IMG/VR virus record: IMGVR_UViG_3300042090_002597
Span: 41,741-105,740 of that record
Source of the DNA: a virus
DNA length: 64,000 nt
Direction: 5' to 3' (one strand)
Both the position numbers and the translations under genes were made by a program. Shown in pieces: positions 37,749 to 47,335 of this stretch. The notes beneath the pieces were generated by a model. It searched no databases and had not been told where the DNA came from. It was given only the letters and a program-made list of their open reading frames with translations. Numbering within the stretch: the first letter of the stretch is position 1; every line of letters begins with the position of its first letter.

Positions 37749-37964
37749 ATGAAACTGTATAAAGTGGTCGACACCAAGAATGGCGCCAAGCCTTACTATA
37801 CTGGCAGCGAGGGCGAGGCCAAAACCTACCGTCACGAAGTGACAGGCGGCAGCATCAACAAGAAGAAAGATTTCGAGATCGTTCCTGTGGAACTGTCCAC
37901 GGACAAGAAAGGCATCATCGCCTTTTTGAACGCGCAGCCGGCGCCGGTCCTGGCAGCGTCATGA
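37749..37964 (+). CDS. Small hypothetical protein
   Basis: AGGAG upstream; ATGA overlap with the next gene. Confidence 0.6.
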   Translation: MKLYKVVDTKNGAKPYYTGSEGEAKTYRHEVTGGSINKKKDFEIVPVELSTDKKGIIAFLNAQPAPVLAAS

Positions 37965-39334
37965 CACCAGAAAAACTCGCGCTGCTTAACGAATTGGTCG
38001 CAGCGGCGGGCGGAGACGCAGTTTTCCGCCCGTCCTCTGCCGATCGCTTGCTCGGCTGTCCGGGGAGCATTGTTCTTTCCGCCCGGGTGCCGCGAGGCGA
38101 AGAAAAGTCTTCCGGCTTCGCTGCCGAAGGCACTGCTGCCCATGCGGTGGTGGAAGACGCCCTTCGTGGCGTTCGATCACCGGAAGAGTGGGCCGATCAG
38201 TTCATCGAGCCGCGTCCCGGCATCCGCCAGTTGGTGGACGAAGAAATGGTCGAAGTGGCCAACGAGTATGTGGAGATCGTTGAATCGTTCGAAGGTCCCG
38301 GCACCAAGCGATTGGTGGAGCATCGGCTGTCCCTGGCGCCACTTGATCCTTCCGATCCGTTGTTCGGCCAGAACCGCGGCACGGCGGATACGGTGGTGGT
38401 TGACCCTATCCGCCGCAAGCTGACTATCGTTGACCTGAAGTACGGCAAGGGCGTGATCGTTGCCCGAGATACACCGCAGCTGAAAGACTATGCGCTGATG
38501 GCGCTTGTCACTTTCGCGGTGCCGGAAGGCTGGGACACGGTTGAGATCAAGGTCGTGCAGCCGCGCACTCCTCATTGGGAGGAAGCGCGCAATGAGCCTC
38601 CCGTGACATTCACGCCGGACTATCTCTACAACGAATTTCTCCCCCAGTTGGTCGGAGCCATGGAAGAGGCTTTGGATCCCAAGGCCCGGCTTGTGCCAAA
38701 TCCAAAATGGTGTCGCTGGTGCCCGGCGGCTGGACCGGACGAACGCGGCCAGCCCATCTGCCCCGCTCTGGCGGACAGAGCGATGCACATCGCCCGCGAC
38801 GCATTCGCATCAGCGCCGCTGTTCAACGCTTCCTCGATTGCGGTCCTGCCTCCGAAAGAGATCATGATCGACGCCAAGCCGCCCGCAGGCATGCCGCCGG
38901 GAAGTGTGGTGGTGCTTCCGTCTCCGCTGTCGCTGGACCCGGCCGATATCGCCACCATCCTGGACCGGCGCGAATTCTACGAGACCTTCATCACCGGAGT
39001 GGAAAAGCGCGCAGCGGCCCTTCTCATGGCGGGCGTCAATGTGCCAGGCTACGCGATGAAGCCGCGATCCGGGCACCGGCGGTTCAAGGATCCCGAAAAA
39101 GCGCCGGATGCGTTGCGGGCGATGGGTCTGCAAACCTCGGCGCTGTACACGGACCCGAAACTGAAGTCGCCGGCGCAAATCGAAAAACTTCTTCCGGCCG
39201 ACAAGAAAAAACTGCTTGAAACGCTGGTGGAAAAGCCCGAAGGTGAGCCGACACTTGTGCGTGCTTCATCGACAGGTTCAAGTGTGCCGATCGGCCTCGG
39301 ACCAATTTCCGCGACCGCGCTACCACCGAACTGA
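37961..39334 (+). CDS. DUF2800 Cas4-like PD-(D/E)xK exonuclease
   Basis: PSSADRLLGCPGS, EGTAAH, GTAD, VDLKYGKG, QL..YA, CRWCPA. Confidence 0.9.
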   Translation: MTPEKLALLNELVAAAGGDAVFRPSSADRLLGCPGSIVLSARVPRGEEKSSGFAAEGTAAHAVVEDALRGVRSPEEWADQFIEPRPGIRQLVDEEMVEVANEYVEIVESFEGPGTKRLVEHRLSLAPLDPSDPLFGQNRGTADTVVVDPIRRKLTIVDLKYGKGVIVARDTPQLKDYALMALVTFAVPEGWDTVEIKVVQPRTPHWEEARNEPPVTFTPDYLYNEFLPQLVGAMEEALDPKARLVPNPKWCRWCPAAGPDERGQPICPALADRAMHIARDAFASAPLFNASSIAVLPPKEIMIDAKPPAGMPPGSVVVLPSPLSLDPADIATILDRREFYETFITGVEKRAAALLMAGVNVPGYAMKPRSGHRRFKDPEKAPDALRAMGLQTSALYTDPKLKSPAQIEKLLPADKKKLLETLVEKPEGEPTLVRASSTGSSVPIGLGPISATALPPN

Positions 39335-39365
39335 AACCGAACAGACACCGAAAAGGACTCCTAAT

Positions 39366-40310
39366 ATGTCTCAGACACAGCCGATCTCCGACCATTTTCT
39401 CGCCTCCGAGGGGGCCAAGGTTCCCGCGCAGCAGGGACCTCTTGTGGTCAGCGCCGACTACGGCAATATCCGCATGATCACTCCGGTCGCCCGGGCGTCC
39501 TACGCAACGCTCGACACGCCCCGTGTGGTCCCGGGCTCGAACGACCCGATCCGGCGCTATTCGGTCACTTTGCTGCTCAATCCGGCGGCGTGCACCGAAT
39601 TATACCAGGCCATCTGCATGGTCGCCAACGCACGCTGGCCGGCGGAGAAAAAACCCAATCCGCAGAACCCGAACGAAATCATCGAGGTTTCCGGCTCGCA
39701 GCTGCTGTTCTGGCCGAAGGAAGCCGGCGGCCTGCACTATCCGTTGCGTGACGGCAACCAGATGTACATGCGGGACCCCAAGAAGTACGAGGCTTTCCGC
39801 GGGCTGTTCACGCTGAACGCATCGCTGGCGGAGAAGACCCGCAAGGGCGTGGACCAGCGGCCGGTGTTCGTCAATGAGCAGGCGCAGCCGGAGGAGCCGA
39901 AACGGTTCTATTCGGGCTGCTACGTTCGGGCCCAGATTACCTTTGGCGCCTTTCCGCAACCGGGCCAGCAGATCCCGAACCGCGGTATCTCGGTCACGTT
40001 GAACTCGGTGCAGTTCGTCTCCGATGGTCCGCGCCTGACCGGTTTCGACGGTGGCGCCGCCGCCTCCAGTGCTTTCGCCGCTGCGGGTGCGGTGGGCACG
40101 TCCGGCTACAACCCGGGTCCGGGTTTCGGGCCGAACCACGCCACTCCGAGTTCGGTGCCGCCGGGCGCCGCTCCAGGCTCGCCAGCGTACGGGTTTGCAG
40201 CACCTCCGCAGCAGCCCGCGCCTGGAGGTGTTCCGGTCGGTGCACCGAACCCGATGGCCCAACCGCAAGCTGGTTTCGGTGCTGGGGGCGCTCGCCCTCC
40301 CGGGGTCTGA
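39366..40310 (+). CDS. DUF2815-type ssDNA-binding protein
   Basis: RASY, YSVTLL, PLRDG, FYSGCYVRA, NRGIS..LNSVQFVSDG. Confidence 0.85.
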   Translation: MSQTQPISDHFLASEGAKVPAQQGPLVVSADYGNIRMITPVARASYATLDTPRVVPGSNDPIRRYSVTLLLNPAACTELYQAICMVANARWPAEKKPNPQNPNEIIEVSGSQLLFWPKEAGGLHYPLRDGNQMYMRDPKKYEAFRGLFTLNASLAEKTRKGVDQRPVFVNEQAQPEEPKRFYSGCYVRAQITFGAFPQPGQQIPNRGISVTLNSVQFVSDGPRLTGFDGGAAASSAFAAAGAVGTSGYNPGPGFGPNHATPSSVPPGAAPGSPAYGFAAPPQQPAPGGVPVGAPNPMAQPQAGFGAGGARPPGV

Positions 40311-40786
40311 TCCTCGCCGCCACAGGACACAGACCTCATAAACTTGGAGGATATGACAGCGGCACGCTAGGTCGCCTAATTGATCTGGCGTGCCGTTTTG
40401 TTGTTGAGACCAAACCTCGGCGGATGATATCCGGCATGGCACTTGGCTGGGATACCGCATGGGCCATCGCCGCTATCCGGAACAAAGTGCCGCTTACTGT
40501 AGCGATACCGTTTCTTGGGCAAGAACAGCATTGGCCTCCTGCGGCGCAAGAACAATATCGCGTCATTCTGGACGCGGCGGATATTGTTGAATTGGTTGGC
40601 AGCACGGATTACTCGCCGCAAGTCATGCACGCAAGAAATCGCTGGATGGTTGACCGGTGCGAGGCTGTCGTGTCACTCTGGGACGGCAGCCCGGGCGGCA
40701 CTGAAAATTGCGTGCGATACGCTGGTCTAGTCGGCCGTCCGGTGTTTAATCTTTGGCCAGAATGGACCGGTAGCTCAGATGGTTAG
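40307..40786 (+). CDS. SLOG family (YspA/DUF1273-like) protein
   Basis: LILAATGHRP, ISGMALGWD, AIPF..Q, RNRWMVD, WDGSPGGT; the N-terminal motif lies upstream of the first ATG (40424). Confidence 0.85.
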   Translation: MILAATGHRPHKLGGYDSGTLGRLIDLACRFVVETKPRRMISGMALGWDTAWAIAAIRNKVPLTVAIPFLGQEQHWPPAAQEQYRVILDAADIVELVGSTDYSPQVMHARNRWMVDRCEAVVSLWDGSPGGTENCVRYAGLVGRPVFNLWPEWTGSSDG

Positions 40787-40840
40787 AGCGGGCCGCTCAT
40801 AACGGTCGGGCCGCAGGTTCAAATCCTGCTCGGTCCACCA
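40764..40840 (+). tRNA. tRNA with CAU anticodon, most likely tRNA-Ile2 (lysidine)
   Basis: Cloverleaf GGACCGG/TCGGTCC, TAGCTCAG D arm, GGCCG-CTCATAA-CGGTC, GGTTCAAATCC, encoded CCA; C4, C5 and paired G1:C72. Confidence 0.9.
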
Positions 40841-40846
40841 AAGCGA

Positions 40847-40880
40847 AACCCGGCGGAGAAATCTGCCGGGTTTTCTTTTT
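40847..40880 (+). terminator. Intrinsic terminator after tRNA
   Basis: AACCCGGCGGA-GAAA-TCTGCCGGGTT followed by T-run. Confidence 0.8.
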
Positions 40881-40886
40881 CAGCGG

Positions 40887-40921
40887 TTGACGCTGCTGTG
40901 TTATTACGCTAAGAGTAATTT
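40887..40921 (+). promoter_or_regulatory. Repeated phage promoter/operator motif, copy 2
   Basis: TTGAC then GCTGCTGTGTTATTACGCTAAGAGTAATTT. Confidence 0.6.
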
Positions 40922-41144
40922 ATGCCTTGCTGCGGATTGTTTCTGCGCTTCGACGCTTCGTGCGTCGGGTCAAGTGCGGAGATGACGGTTTCAGCACAGG
41001 AGCAGGAGAAGGGAAAACCGAGACGGTGTGCATTCTCAGTGAAGACTGGCGTTTGAAAAACGTGGCCGAGCCGGATGAAACAGAGCCGGCGGTGATCAGA
41101 GGGACACACGCCCGAGGGCATCTTCTCCGTTTTTGGAGGGCGAA

Positions 41145-41363
41145 ATGAGCGATCCGGTAAATCACCCTGCGCACTACGGCGGCGAAGATAATCCTTACGA
41201 AGCCATAAAAGTTATCGAAGCGTGGGACCTGGGGTTTTGTCTCGGCAACACTGTAAAATACATTTCGCGCGCGGGTAAGAAATCAGCGGATGCGATCGAA
41301 GACCTGAAGAAGGCGCGCTGGTATCTGGATCGCGAGATCAGCCGCAGGGAGAAAACGACATGA
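41145..41363 (+). CDS. DUF3310 protein (T7 gp1.7-like)
   Basis: DPVNHPAHY...FCLGNTVKYISRAGKK...EDLKKARWYL. Confidence 0.9.
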   Translation: MSDPVNHPAHYGGEDNPYEAIKVIEAWDLGFCLGNTVKYISRAGKKSADAIEDLKKARWYLDREISRREKTT

Positions 41364-42256
41364 CCACAATCACCGCCAATATTATCGCCGACAGCATCAG
41401 TCCGGAAGGCATCCGGCTCACCACGATGCAACTTCGGTATCCGAAATGGATACACGGCGAGTTCATGACGCACCGTGTGTTTTCCCGGAATGCATCGTCA
41501 TCTCGCGCCATTCCGGTGCCGCGGTTGATTCAGGATGTGTTGGACGATCCGGCGTTTCCTGTGCGGTGGACATCAAACAGGTCGGGTATGCAGGGCGGAG
41601 AGGAACTTGCAGACCCTGACTTATTTCACGCTAAAAATTTCATGAAAATTGCACTTGAGGATGCAGTTCAGTGCGCTCGACAACTCCACAAACTGAACGC
41701 ATCCAAACAACTCATCAATCGTGTACTCGAACCGTTCTGCCACATCAACGTTGTGGTAACGGCGACGGACTGGGACAATTTCTTCGCGCTGCGTTGCCAT
41801 CCTATGGCGGAACCGCACATGGAGATGCTGGCGAACGCTATGCGCGATGCGAGGAATGAATCTACGCCCGTACCGTTGAAACCGGGTGAGTGGCACCTTC
41901 CTTACGTAAGCCCGATCAAGGAACTGAACCTGCTTCCGAGCAAGCCGGAAGGCGGGTTCGACGACAAGTGGGCGTACGAACTCATGGTCAAACTGTCGGT
42001 CGCCCGGTGCGCCAGAGTGAGCTACCTCACGCATGAGGGTAAGACGCCGGACATCGCCGCTGATCTCGCGCTCTACGATCGTCTTGTTGGCTCGGTGCCG
42101 CTGCATGCGTCGCCCGCCGAGCACCAAGCAACTCCGGGTATGTTCTTGCATCATTTGCGACACGACAAACACTGGGCCGACAGTCATCTTCACGGCAATT
42201 TTCGCGGGTGGGTACAGTTCCGGAAAACTCTTCCGAACGAAAACATTGCCGCATAG
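41360..42256 (+). CDS. thyX: Flavin-dependent thymidylate synthase, phage type
   Basis: THRVFSRNASSSRAIP, NRVLEPF, SVARCARVSY, HASPAEHQA. Confidence 0.85.
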   Translation: MTTITANIIADSISPEGIRLTTMQLRYPKWIHGEFMTHRVFSRNASSSRAIPVPRLIQDVLDDPAFPVRWTSNRSGMQGGEELADPDLFHAKNFMKIALEDAVQCARQLHKLNASKQLINRVLEPFCHINVVVTATDWDNFFALRCHPMAEPHMEMLANAMRDARNESTPVPLKPGEWHLPYVSPIKELNLLPSKPEGGFDDKWAYELMVKLSVARCARVSYLTHEGKTPDIAADLALYDRLVGSVPLHASPAEHQATPGMFLHHLRHDKHWADSHLHGNFRGWVQFRKTLPNENIAA

Positions 42257-44467
42257 ATGCCGCCCGTCTTCGGTTTTGACGCTGAGACGTCTTCGCCAGT
42301 AGACCTGCGTTTGCATGGTGCGGACGCCTACACGCGCCATCCCGAAACCCGTTGCCTGATGTTCGTGGTGAAGCCTATTGGCGCGCCTGTAGCGCCAATA
42401 TTGTGGCGCGAAGGCGATCCGGTACCACTGTCGTTGGCGGAACATGTGGCTGCTGGAGGCTTGCTGTCCGGCTGGAATGTTCTGTTTTTCGACCGGCTCG
42501 TCTATGAGCGCATTCTTGTCGCGCGCCACGGGTTTCCGCCAGTAGACGCCGACGCATGGAAAGATTCCATGCATTTAGCGGCAGCAGCAAATTTGCCGCG
42601 TAGCCTGGATGGTTGCGCAAAAGCGGTGGGTGTTGAGTTTCAGGGCGACCTGAAAGATTCCAACCGCATTCGCCGCATCACCGACGCCAAGCGTACGTCC
42701 ATTCCGGCGCCCGTGGCGGAGATATTGAATAGTCCTGGTCGGTTCGACAAAAAACTGGTTGACGATCTTCAGTGGCTGGCGGACAGATGTGTGCAGGACG
42801 TGGCGATGGAGGAGAACGTATTCGTTCGACTACCGCAGTGGCCAAGCATCCGTCCGTGGGCCTTCATGCCTGCGATAGACCGCCGCATCAATGACCGCGG
42901 CGTGATGATCGACGTGCCGCTGGTGGAAGGTCTTGCCCGCGCAGCTGCGCTGGAGACATTGCGCATCAACGAAGAGATGCGTCGGATAACTGGCGGCGCG
43001 GTGTCGAAGGTCTCCAATATCGAGTCGCTGAAGCAGTGGTTGATGGGGAGGGGCGTTGAACTTCCACGGGCGAACACGCAAGAGGACGAAGACGACGAGG
43101 CGGACAAAGAAGACGAACCCGAATCTGCTGCCTCGCGAAAATCGCCCTGGCGCCTGCGCAAGAACGATATCGCCGATCTCATGGGCCGATTGGACGTGCC
43201 GGAAGATTGCCGGTTGGCGCTCGGTTATCGAGCAGAGGCGGCGAAGGCATCCACCGCCAAACTGAAGGCAATGTTGACTTCGGCGGATCCGAACACCAGT
43301 CGGCTGTACCAACATCTGACGCTCGGGGGCGCGCAGCAAACCATGCGGTGGTCAGGCAGCCGCTGGCAGGCGCATAATCTGGTGCGCGATGTGTTCGCCA
43401 ATTTTGACGAGATCGCCGACACCAACGGGCTTGACGCCAAGAAAAATACTGTTGAAGTAAAACGACTGTCCGATGTTGCTTTGCGCACCGCCATTGAAGT
43501 CGGCCGCACCGGCGATCCCGATTTGATGCGGTCGCTCTACCAGACCATCCGCCGTGATGCACAAAAACGTGATTTTCTTTCGGGTGTCATCCACTGGATA
43601 TCTCGTATGCTGCGGCGCACGATATGCGCTCGATACGGACGTTTGCTGGTAAACGGAGATTACGCTCAGATCGAGGCGCGCATCACCGTTTGGCTCTCGC
43701 AGCAACTGGACATGCTGCACGCTTACGCAACTGGCCAAGACGTTTATCGCGTGGCGGCTTCTGGTATTTTTGGAAAACCGCCGGAGCTTCTGACAAAATT
43801 TGAACGCCAAGCCGGGAAGGTTACCATTCTCGCCTGTGGATTTGGTGGAGCCGAAGGCGCGCTTGTAGCCATGGGCGTGAATTACGGTTTGCTGATGAGC
43901 AAGGAAGAAGGCAAGCCGATCGTGCACGCATGGCGCGCGGCCAACCAGGCAACCGTGAAATACTGGTACGCCACCGATGACGCCGCCGCCGCGGCGGTGA
44001 TGTACCCCGGCCGGGAGTTCCATGTGCCGCCACTCGGGCTGGTGTCTTATTTCTGCGAAGGCGACTGCCTGTGTGCGCGTCTTCCGACCGGCCGCATATT
44101 GCGCTACTGGCAGCCGCGGTTGCGTCAGGAATACTGGGCGGACGGCAAGCCGAAAAACCGGCTGAGCCTGAGCGGCCTGACCGTCAAAGGCAAAGCGGTG
44201 TTTCGCCGCTCGCTTTATCACACGATTTTGGTAGAGAATCAGGTGCAGGCGATCGGCGCCGACCTGCTTGCCACCGCGCTTGAAAACGCAGATAGTAACG
44301 GTCTGCCGGTTGTCCTGCATGTGCATGATTCGGTTGCGGGCGAAGCGGACGAAGACAAAGCCGAGAGCACGCTGCCTTTGCTGGAACACTGCATGACCGA
44401 CATGCCTGCCTGGACCAAAGGTTTACCTATCAATGTCGACGCCGACGCATCAGCGAGGTTTGGATGA
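42257..44467 (+). CDS. Family A DNA polymerase
   Basis: Exo I FDAET, motif A DYAQIEAR, motif B RQAGKVTILACGFG, motif C HVHD. Confidence 0.92.
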   Translation: MPPVFGFDAETSSPVDLRLHGADAYTRHPETRCLMFVVKPIGAPVAPILWREGDPVPLSLAEHVAAGGLLSGWNVLFFDRLVYERILVARHGFPPVDADAWKDSMHLAAAANLPRSLDGCAKAVGVEFQGDLKDSNRIRRITDAKRTSIPAPVAEILNSPGRFDKKLVDDLQWLADRCVQDVAMEENVFVRLPQWPSIRPWAFMPAIDRRINDRGVMIDVPLVEGLARAAALETLRINEEMRRITGGAVSKVSNIESLKQWLMGRGVELPRANTQEDEDDEADKEDEPESAASRKSPWRLRKNDIADLMGRLDVPEDCRLALGYRAEAAKASTAKLKAMLTSADPNTSRLYQHLTLGGAQQTMRWSGSRWQAHNLVRDVFANFDEIADTNGLDAKKNTVEVKRLSDVALRTAIEVGRTGDPDLMRSLYQTIRRDAQKRDFLSGVIHWISRMLRRTICARYGRLLVNGDYAQIEARITVWLSQQLDMLHAYATGQDVYRVAASGIFGKPPELLTKFERQAGKVTILACGFGGAEGALVAMGVNYGLLMSKEEGKPIVHAWRAANQATVKYWYATDDAAAAAVMYPGREFHVPPLGLVSYFCEGDCLCARLPTGRILRYWQPRLRQEYWADGKPKNRLSLSGLTVKGKAVFRRSLYHTILVENQVQAIGADLLATALENADSNGLPVVLHVHDSVAGEADEDKAESTLPLLEHCMTDMPAWTKGLPINVDADASARFG

Positions 44468-44796
44468 CCGAACATTTTTGGTTCCGGTATGAAGACGTTC
44501 GATATGCTGCTCCGGTTGATGAGTGGGGCGATTCATACGGGATCGGTCACCTGGAAGTGAAACTTAGAAAGTTTCCTGTCCTGAAGCACACGCCGAAAGG
44601 CGCATGGATAAACGGCTGGCGAGGCAGGCGATTTGTTCTCCGAGACGCAAGAAAAAGATACGCTTGTCCGACGTTGGAAGAAGCGAAAGAATCTTTTATC
44701 GCCCGCAAAAAACGGCAAGCTGGTATTTACCGAGCGCGGCTCAGAGACGCTGAAGAAGCGATCAAACTGATTGAAAGACAAGGTGTGCTGGCATGA
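44464..44796 (+). CDS. Hypothetical phage protein
   Basis: ATGA-coupled on both sides; KHTPKGAWI motif. Confidence 0.6.
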   Translation: MTEHFWFRYEDVRYAAPVDEWGDSYGIGHLEVKLRKFPVLKHTPKGAWINGWRGRRFVLRDARKRYACPTLEEAKESFIARKKRQAGIYRARLRDAEEAIKLIERQGVLA

Positions 44797-45656
44797 GAAT
44801 TTTGGTTCGGCGCTCCGGCGCTCTTGGCGATGTCGTTTTGACCACACCGGTTATCCGCCGGCTCCGACGGGAAAATCCGGACGCCGAAATCGGTGTGCAG
44901 ACCGCTTTCACTGGCATATTCAACAATTCACCGCATCGGCTTTTGGTAACCAACCAGAACCCGATGCCGTATCCGTGGTCGCCGGAGGGCGGTCTTGATC
45001 GTTTGATTGATCTTGATCTGGCCTACGAAAAACGCCCGACCATGCACATTGTGCAGGCGTATATGCAGGAAGCCTTTGGTGACACGGGGGCGCCGGAGGA
45101 CCTGCATCAGGAAATGTTCTTCAAGCCTGTCGAACCCTGGGGCGGCTCCAAGCGGGTGGTGGCGGTGCACGCCGCGAAAGCTGGCTGGCGCAACCGGACA
45201 CTGCCGGAGGCCACCTGGTTGAAGGTGGTGAAGTTGCTGCAGGACGAGGGCTGTTTCCCGATTCTGGTGGGTTCGATGAAAGACGCGCTGCCGGCAGCGA
45301 AATGCGCTTCGTTTCACAGCGGCGACATCATGCAGCAAGCCGCGATGATCGCCCGGTGCCGTTGCTTCATCGGCTCCGACTCGGGGTTGCTGCATGTGGC
45401 GGGAGCGACTCAGACCCCGATCGTCGGTGTGTTTACCTCAGTGATGCCAGCCTATCGCCTTCCGTGGCGGCACGGTACGCAGGGCTGGAACTGTGCCTCG
45501 GTAATGCCAAACCTGGACTGTGTTGGGTGCGTCGCCCGCCAGCCAATCCCGACCAATGTCGAGACCTGCGAGCGCGGTGACATTGCTTGCACCGGAATGG
45601 TGAGCGCGGAAACGATCGTTGACATGGCGGTGCATCTGATTGAGGAAGTCGGGTGA
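44793..45656 (+). CDS. Glycosyltransferase family 9 (heptosyltransferase-like)
   Basis: RSGALGDVVLTTP; FIGSDSGLLHVAGA. Confidence 0.88.
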   Translation: MRILVRRSGALGDVVLTTPVIRRLRRENPDAEIGVQTAFTGIFNNSPHRLLVTNQNPMPYPWSPEGGLDRLIDLDLAYEKRPTMHIVQAYMQEAFGDTGAPEDLHQEMFFKPVEPWGGSKRVVAVHAAKAGWRNRTLPEATWLKVVKLLQDEGCFPILVGSMKDALPAAKCASFHSGDIMQQAAMIARCRCFIGSDSGLLHVAGATQTPIVGVFTSVMPAYRLPWRHGTQGWNCASVMPNLDCVGCVARQPIPTNVETCERGDIACTGMVSAETIVDMAVHLIEEVG

Positions 45657-45867
45657 TGCCATTAGAGATCGTAAAAGTTCAGGTGCCTCTTTCCGGCGGT
45701 GTGTCGCACTGTCTTGTCTATGACAAAGCGCGGAAGCATGTGAACCAGCAACCGTTGTTGCGCGATGTGAAGAAAGCCTTGAACGGTGACGTGAAGGGCT
45801 ATTTCAAGGCGGCGTGGTCAAGCGTCGTCGGCTGGGGTATCAGCGAACGTGTGCCGGATCAGGATTG

Positions 45868-46402
45868 GTGATATGGCGACTTTCCCACCGAGCTGATCCG
45901 CGCGCCCGGGACATCGCCGACAGGCACTACAACCGGCAGAAAATAGGCACACCGCAATTCGTGCCGCCAGGCCGGTGCATCGTGCTGTACGCCGACACAC
46001 ACGGGTAAAGCACTCTGGGTGACGTCCTGGCCGTTCGCCGAATACGTCAAGCATGCGTGGGGCGGTGCCTGGATATGTTCGGCTTTTCGTAACGAGAATT
46101 GTGGGATTGCAAGTAATCTGATCTACGACGCGGTGGCGGCGACTCGCTTTTTCATGGGTGAACCGCCTGCGCTCGGAATGGTCACTTTCATAGACCGCCG
46201 CAAGGTGAAGCCGACTATGCGCCGTGGCGTCAAAACATGGGGCTACACTTACACTATGGCCGGGTTCGAACCGTGTGGTGAAACCAAAGCCGGGCTGCTC
46301 GCGTTCCGATTGGCTCCCGAGCAGACGCCGCCTGCAAGAATGCCACTCATTGAATTTGAAAACGCGGAACTGGCCGCTCGGACGATCGCACGGCACCGAT
46401 AA
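45868..46402 (+). pseudogene. Frameshifted putative Mom-like/GNAT protein
   Basis: N-part ADRHYNRQKIGTPQFVPPGRC stops at 46008; C-part GKALWVTSW...CSAFRNE...AGF continues in the +1 frame; break at (AC)4, 45995-46002. Confidence 0.6.
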
Positions 46403-46406
46403 AAGA

Positions 46407-46437
46407 AAACGCTCCGAAGGGGCTTTCGGAGCGTTTC
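46407..46437. terminator. Hairpin between convergent transcription units
   Basis: AAACGCTCCGAAG-GGG-CTTTCGGAGCGTTT. Confidence 0.65.
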
Positions 46438-46464
46438 CTGTCTGGTCCCGTCTGAAGTTGTTGA

Positions 46465-46527
46465 CTACTTCTTTTTCCCACCCTTGGGGGCAGGCTTCGG
46501 AGCGGGTTTCGGTGCAGGTTTCGCCAT
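46465..46527 (-). CDS. 20-aa basic peptide MAKPAPKPAPKPAPKGGKKK
   Basis: ATG with AAGGA Shine-Dalgarno 8 nt upstream; synonymous variation among the KPAP codons. Confidence 0.6.
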   Translation of the reverse strand: MAKPAPKPAPKPAPKGGKKK

Positions 46528-46597
46528 CCGTGAAATCCTTCTCTTGTTCAGTTCCCGTCGAACTGCAAATATACTGCTACACGTAACAACAGCTAAG

Positions 46598-47335
46598 TCA
46601 AGCAGTTTCTTTCGGGCAACACAGCCAGTCGTCGCCGACTTCCTGCTTCACATAGTATCCATGCGTTTCCAGCGCACGAATGAGCGTACCGGGGTCGTTG
46701 TCGATCCACTCCATGAACAGTACCGGCTTGCACCGGGCCAAAGTCTGGCGAGCGCCTTCCAGCAGTGGTATCTCCATGCGCTGTACATCAATTTTGAACA
46801 CATCCAGCCGCGGCATATTGTAGCTATCCAGCGTCCGCAGGGTGATTTGCTCAACCCGGTCCGGATCGTGTCCGCGTTGCTGGTCCAGCGGCTCGATCTG
46901 CTCCGGGCCGAATTCGATGCTGCCGAAATTGCAGCGGGCACCATAATCGTACTGGGGGAGTTCGACGAAACCGCACTTGTCACCAAGAGCCACATTGTGC
47001 ACCCGCACATTCTGTCGCTGAGTGAGAGCCATGCTGCCGGCCAGCATGTTGCAGATGACCGGCTGCGGCTCGAAACAGTGCACCCAGCCGGTGGGATCGA
47101 CATGCTTGACCAGCGGCACTGCGAAGGCACCGATATTGGCGCCCGCATCCACATAGACTTTTCCTGGCGCGACCTGGTCGAGCAGTTCGGCCAACATGAG
47201 CATCCGTCCGTGGTGCACTCCCTTGCGCTCCGCTACCAGCGCACCGGTCTGGTTGATGTCGAAAGCCGGAACAATCATCCGGCCGTATTCCGTTTCGATA
47301 AGTCCAGCAATATCGGTCAACGCTCGACACTCCAT
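46598..47335 (-). CDS. FkbM-family methyltransferase
   Basis: VDAGANIG, FEPQP, KIDV. Confidence 0.9.
   Translation of the reverse strand: MECRALTDIAGLIETEYGRMIVPAFDINQTGALVAERKGVHHGRMLMLAELLDQVAPGKVYVDAGANIGAFAVPLVKHVDPTGWVHCFEPQPVICNMLAGSMALTQRQNVRVHNVALGDKCGFVELPQYDYGARCNFGSIEFGPEQIEPLDQQRGHDPDRVEQITLRTLDSYNMPRLDVFKIDVQRMEIPLLEGARQTLARCKPVLFMEWIDNDPGTLIRALETHGYYVKQEVGDDWLCCPKETA

Noticed and set aside
40764-40840. Initiator tRNA-fMet
   Set aside because: G1:C72 is paired and the anticodon stem lacks three consecutive G:C pairs; elongator Met is not fully excluded
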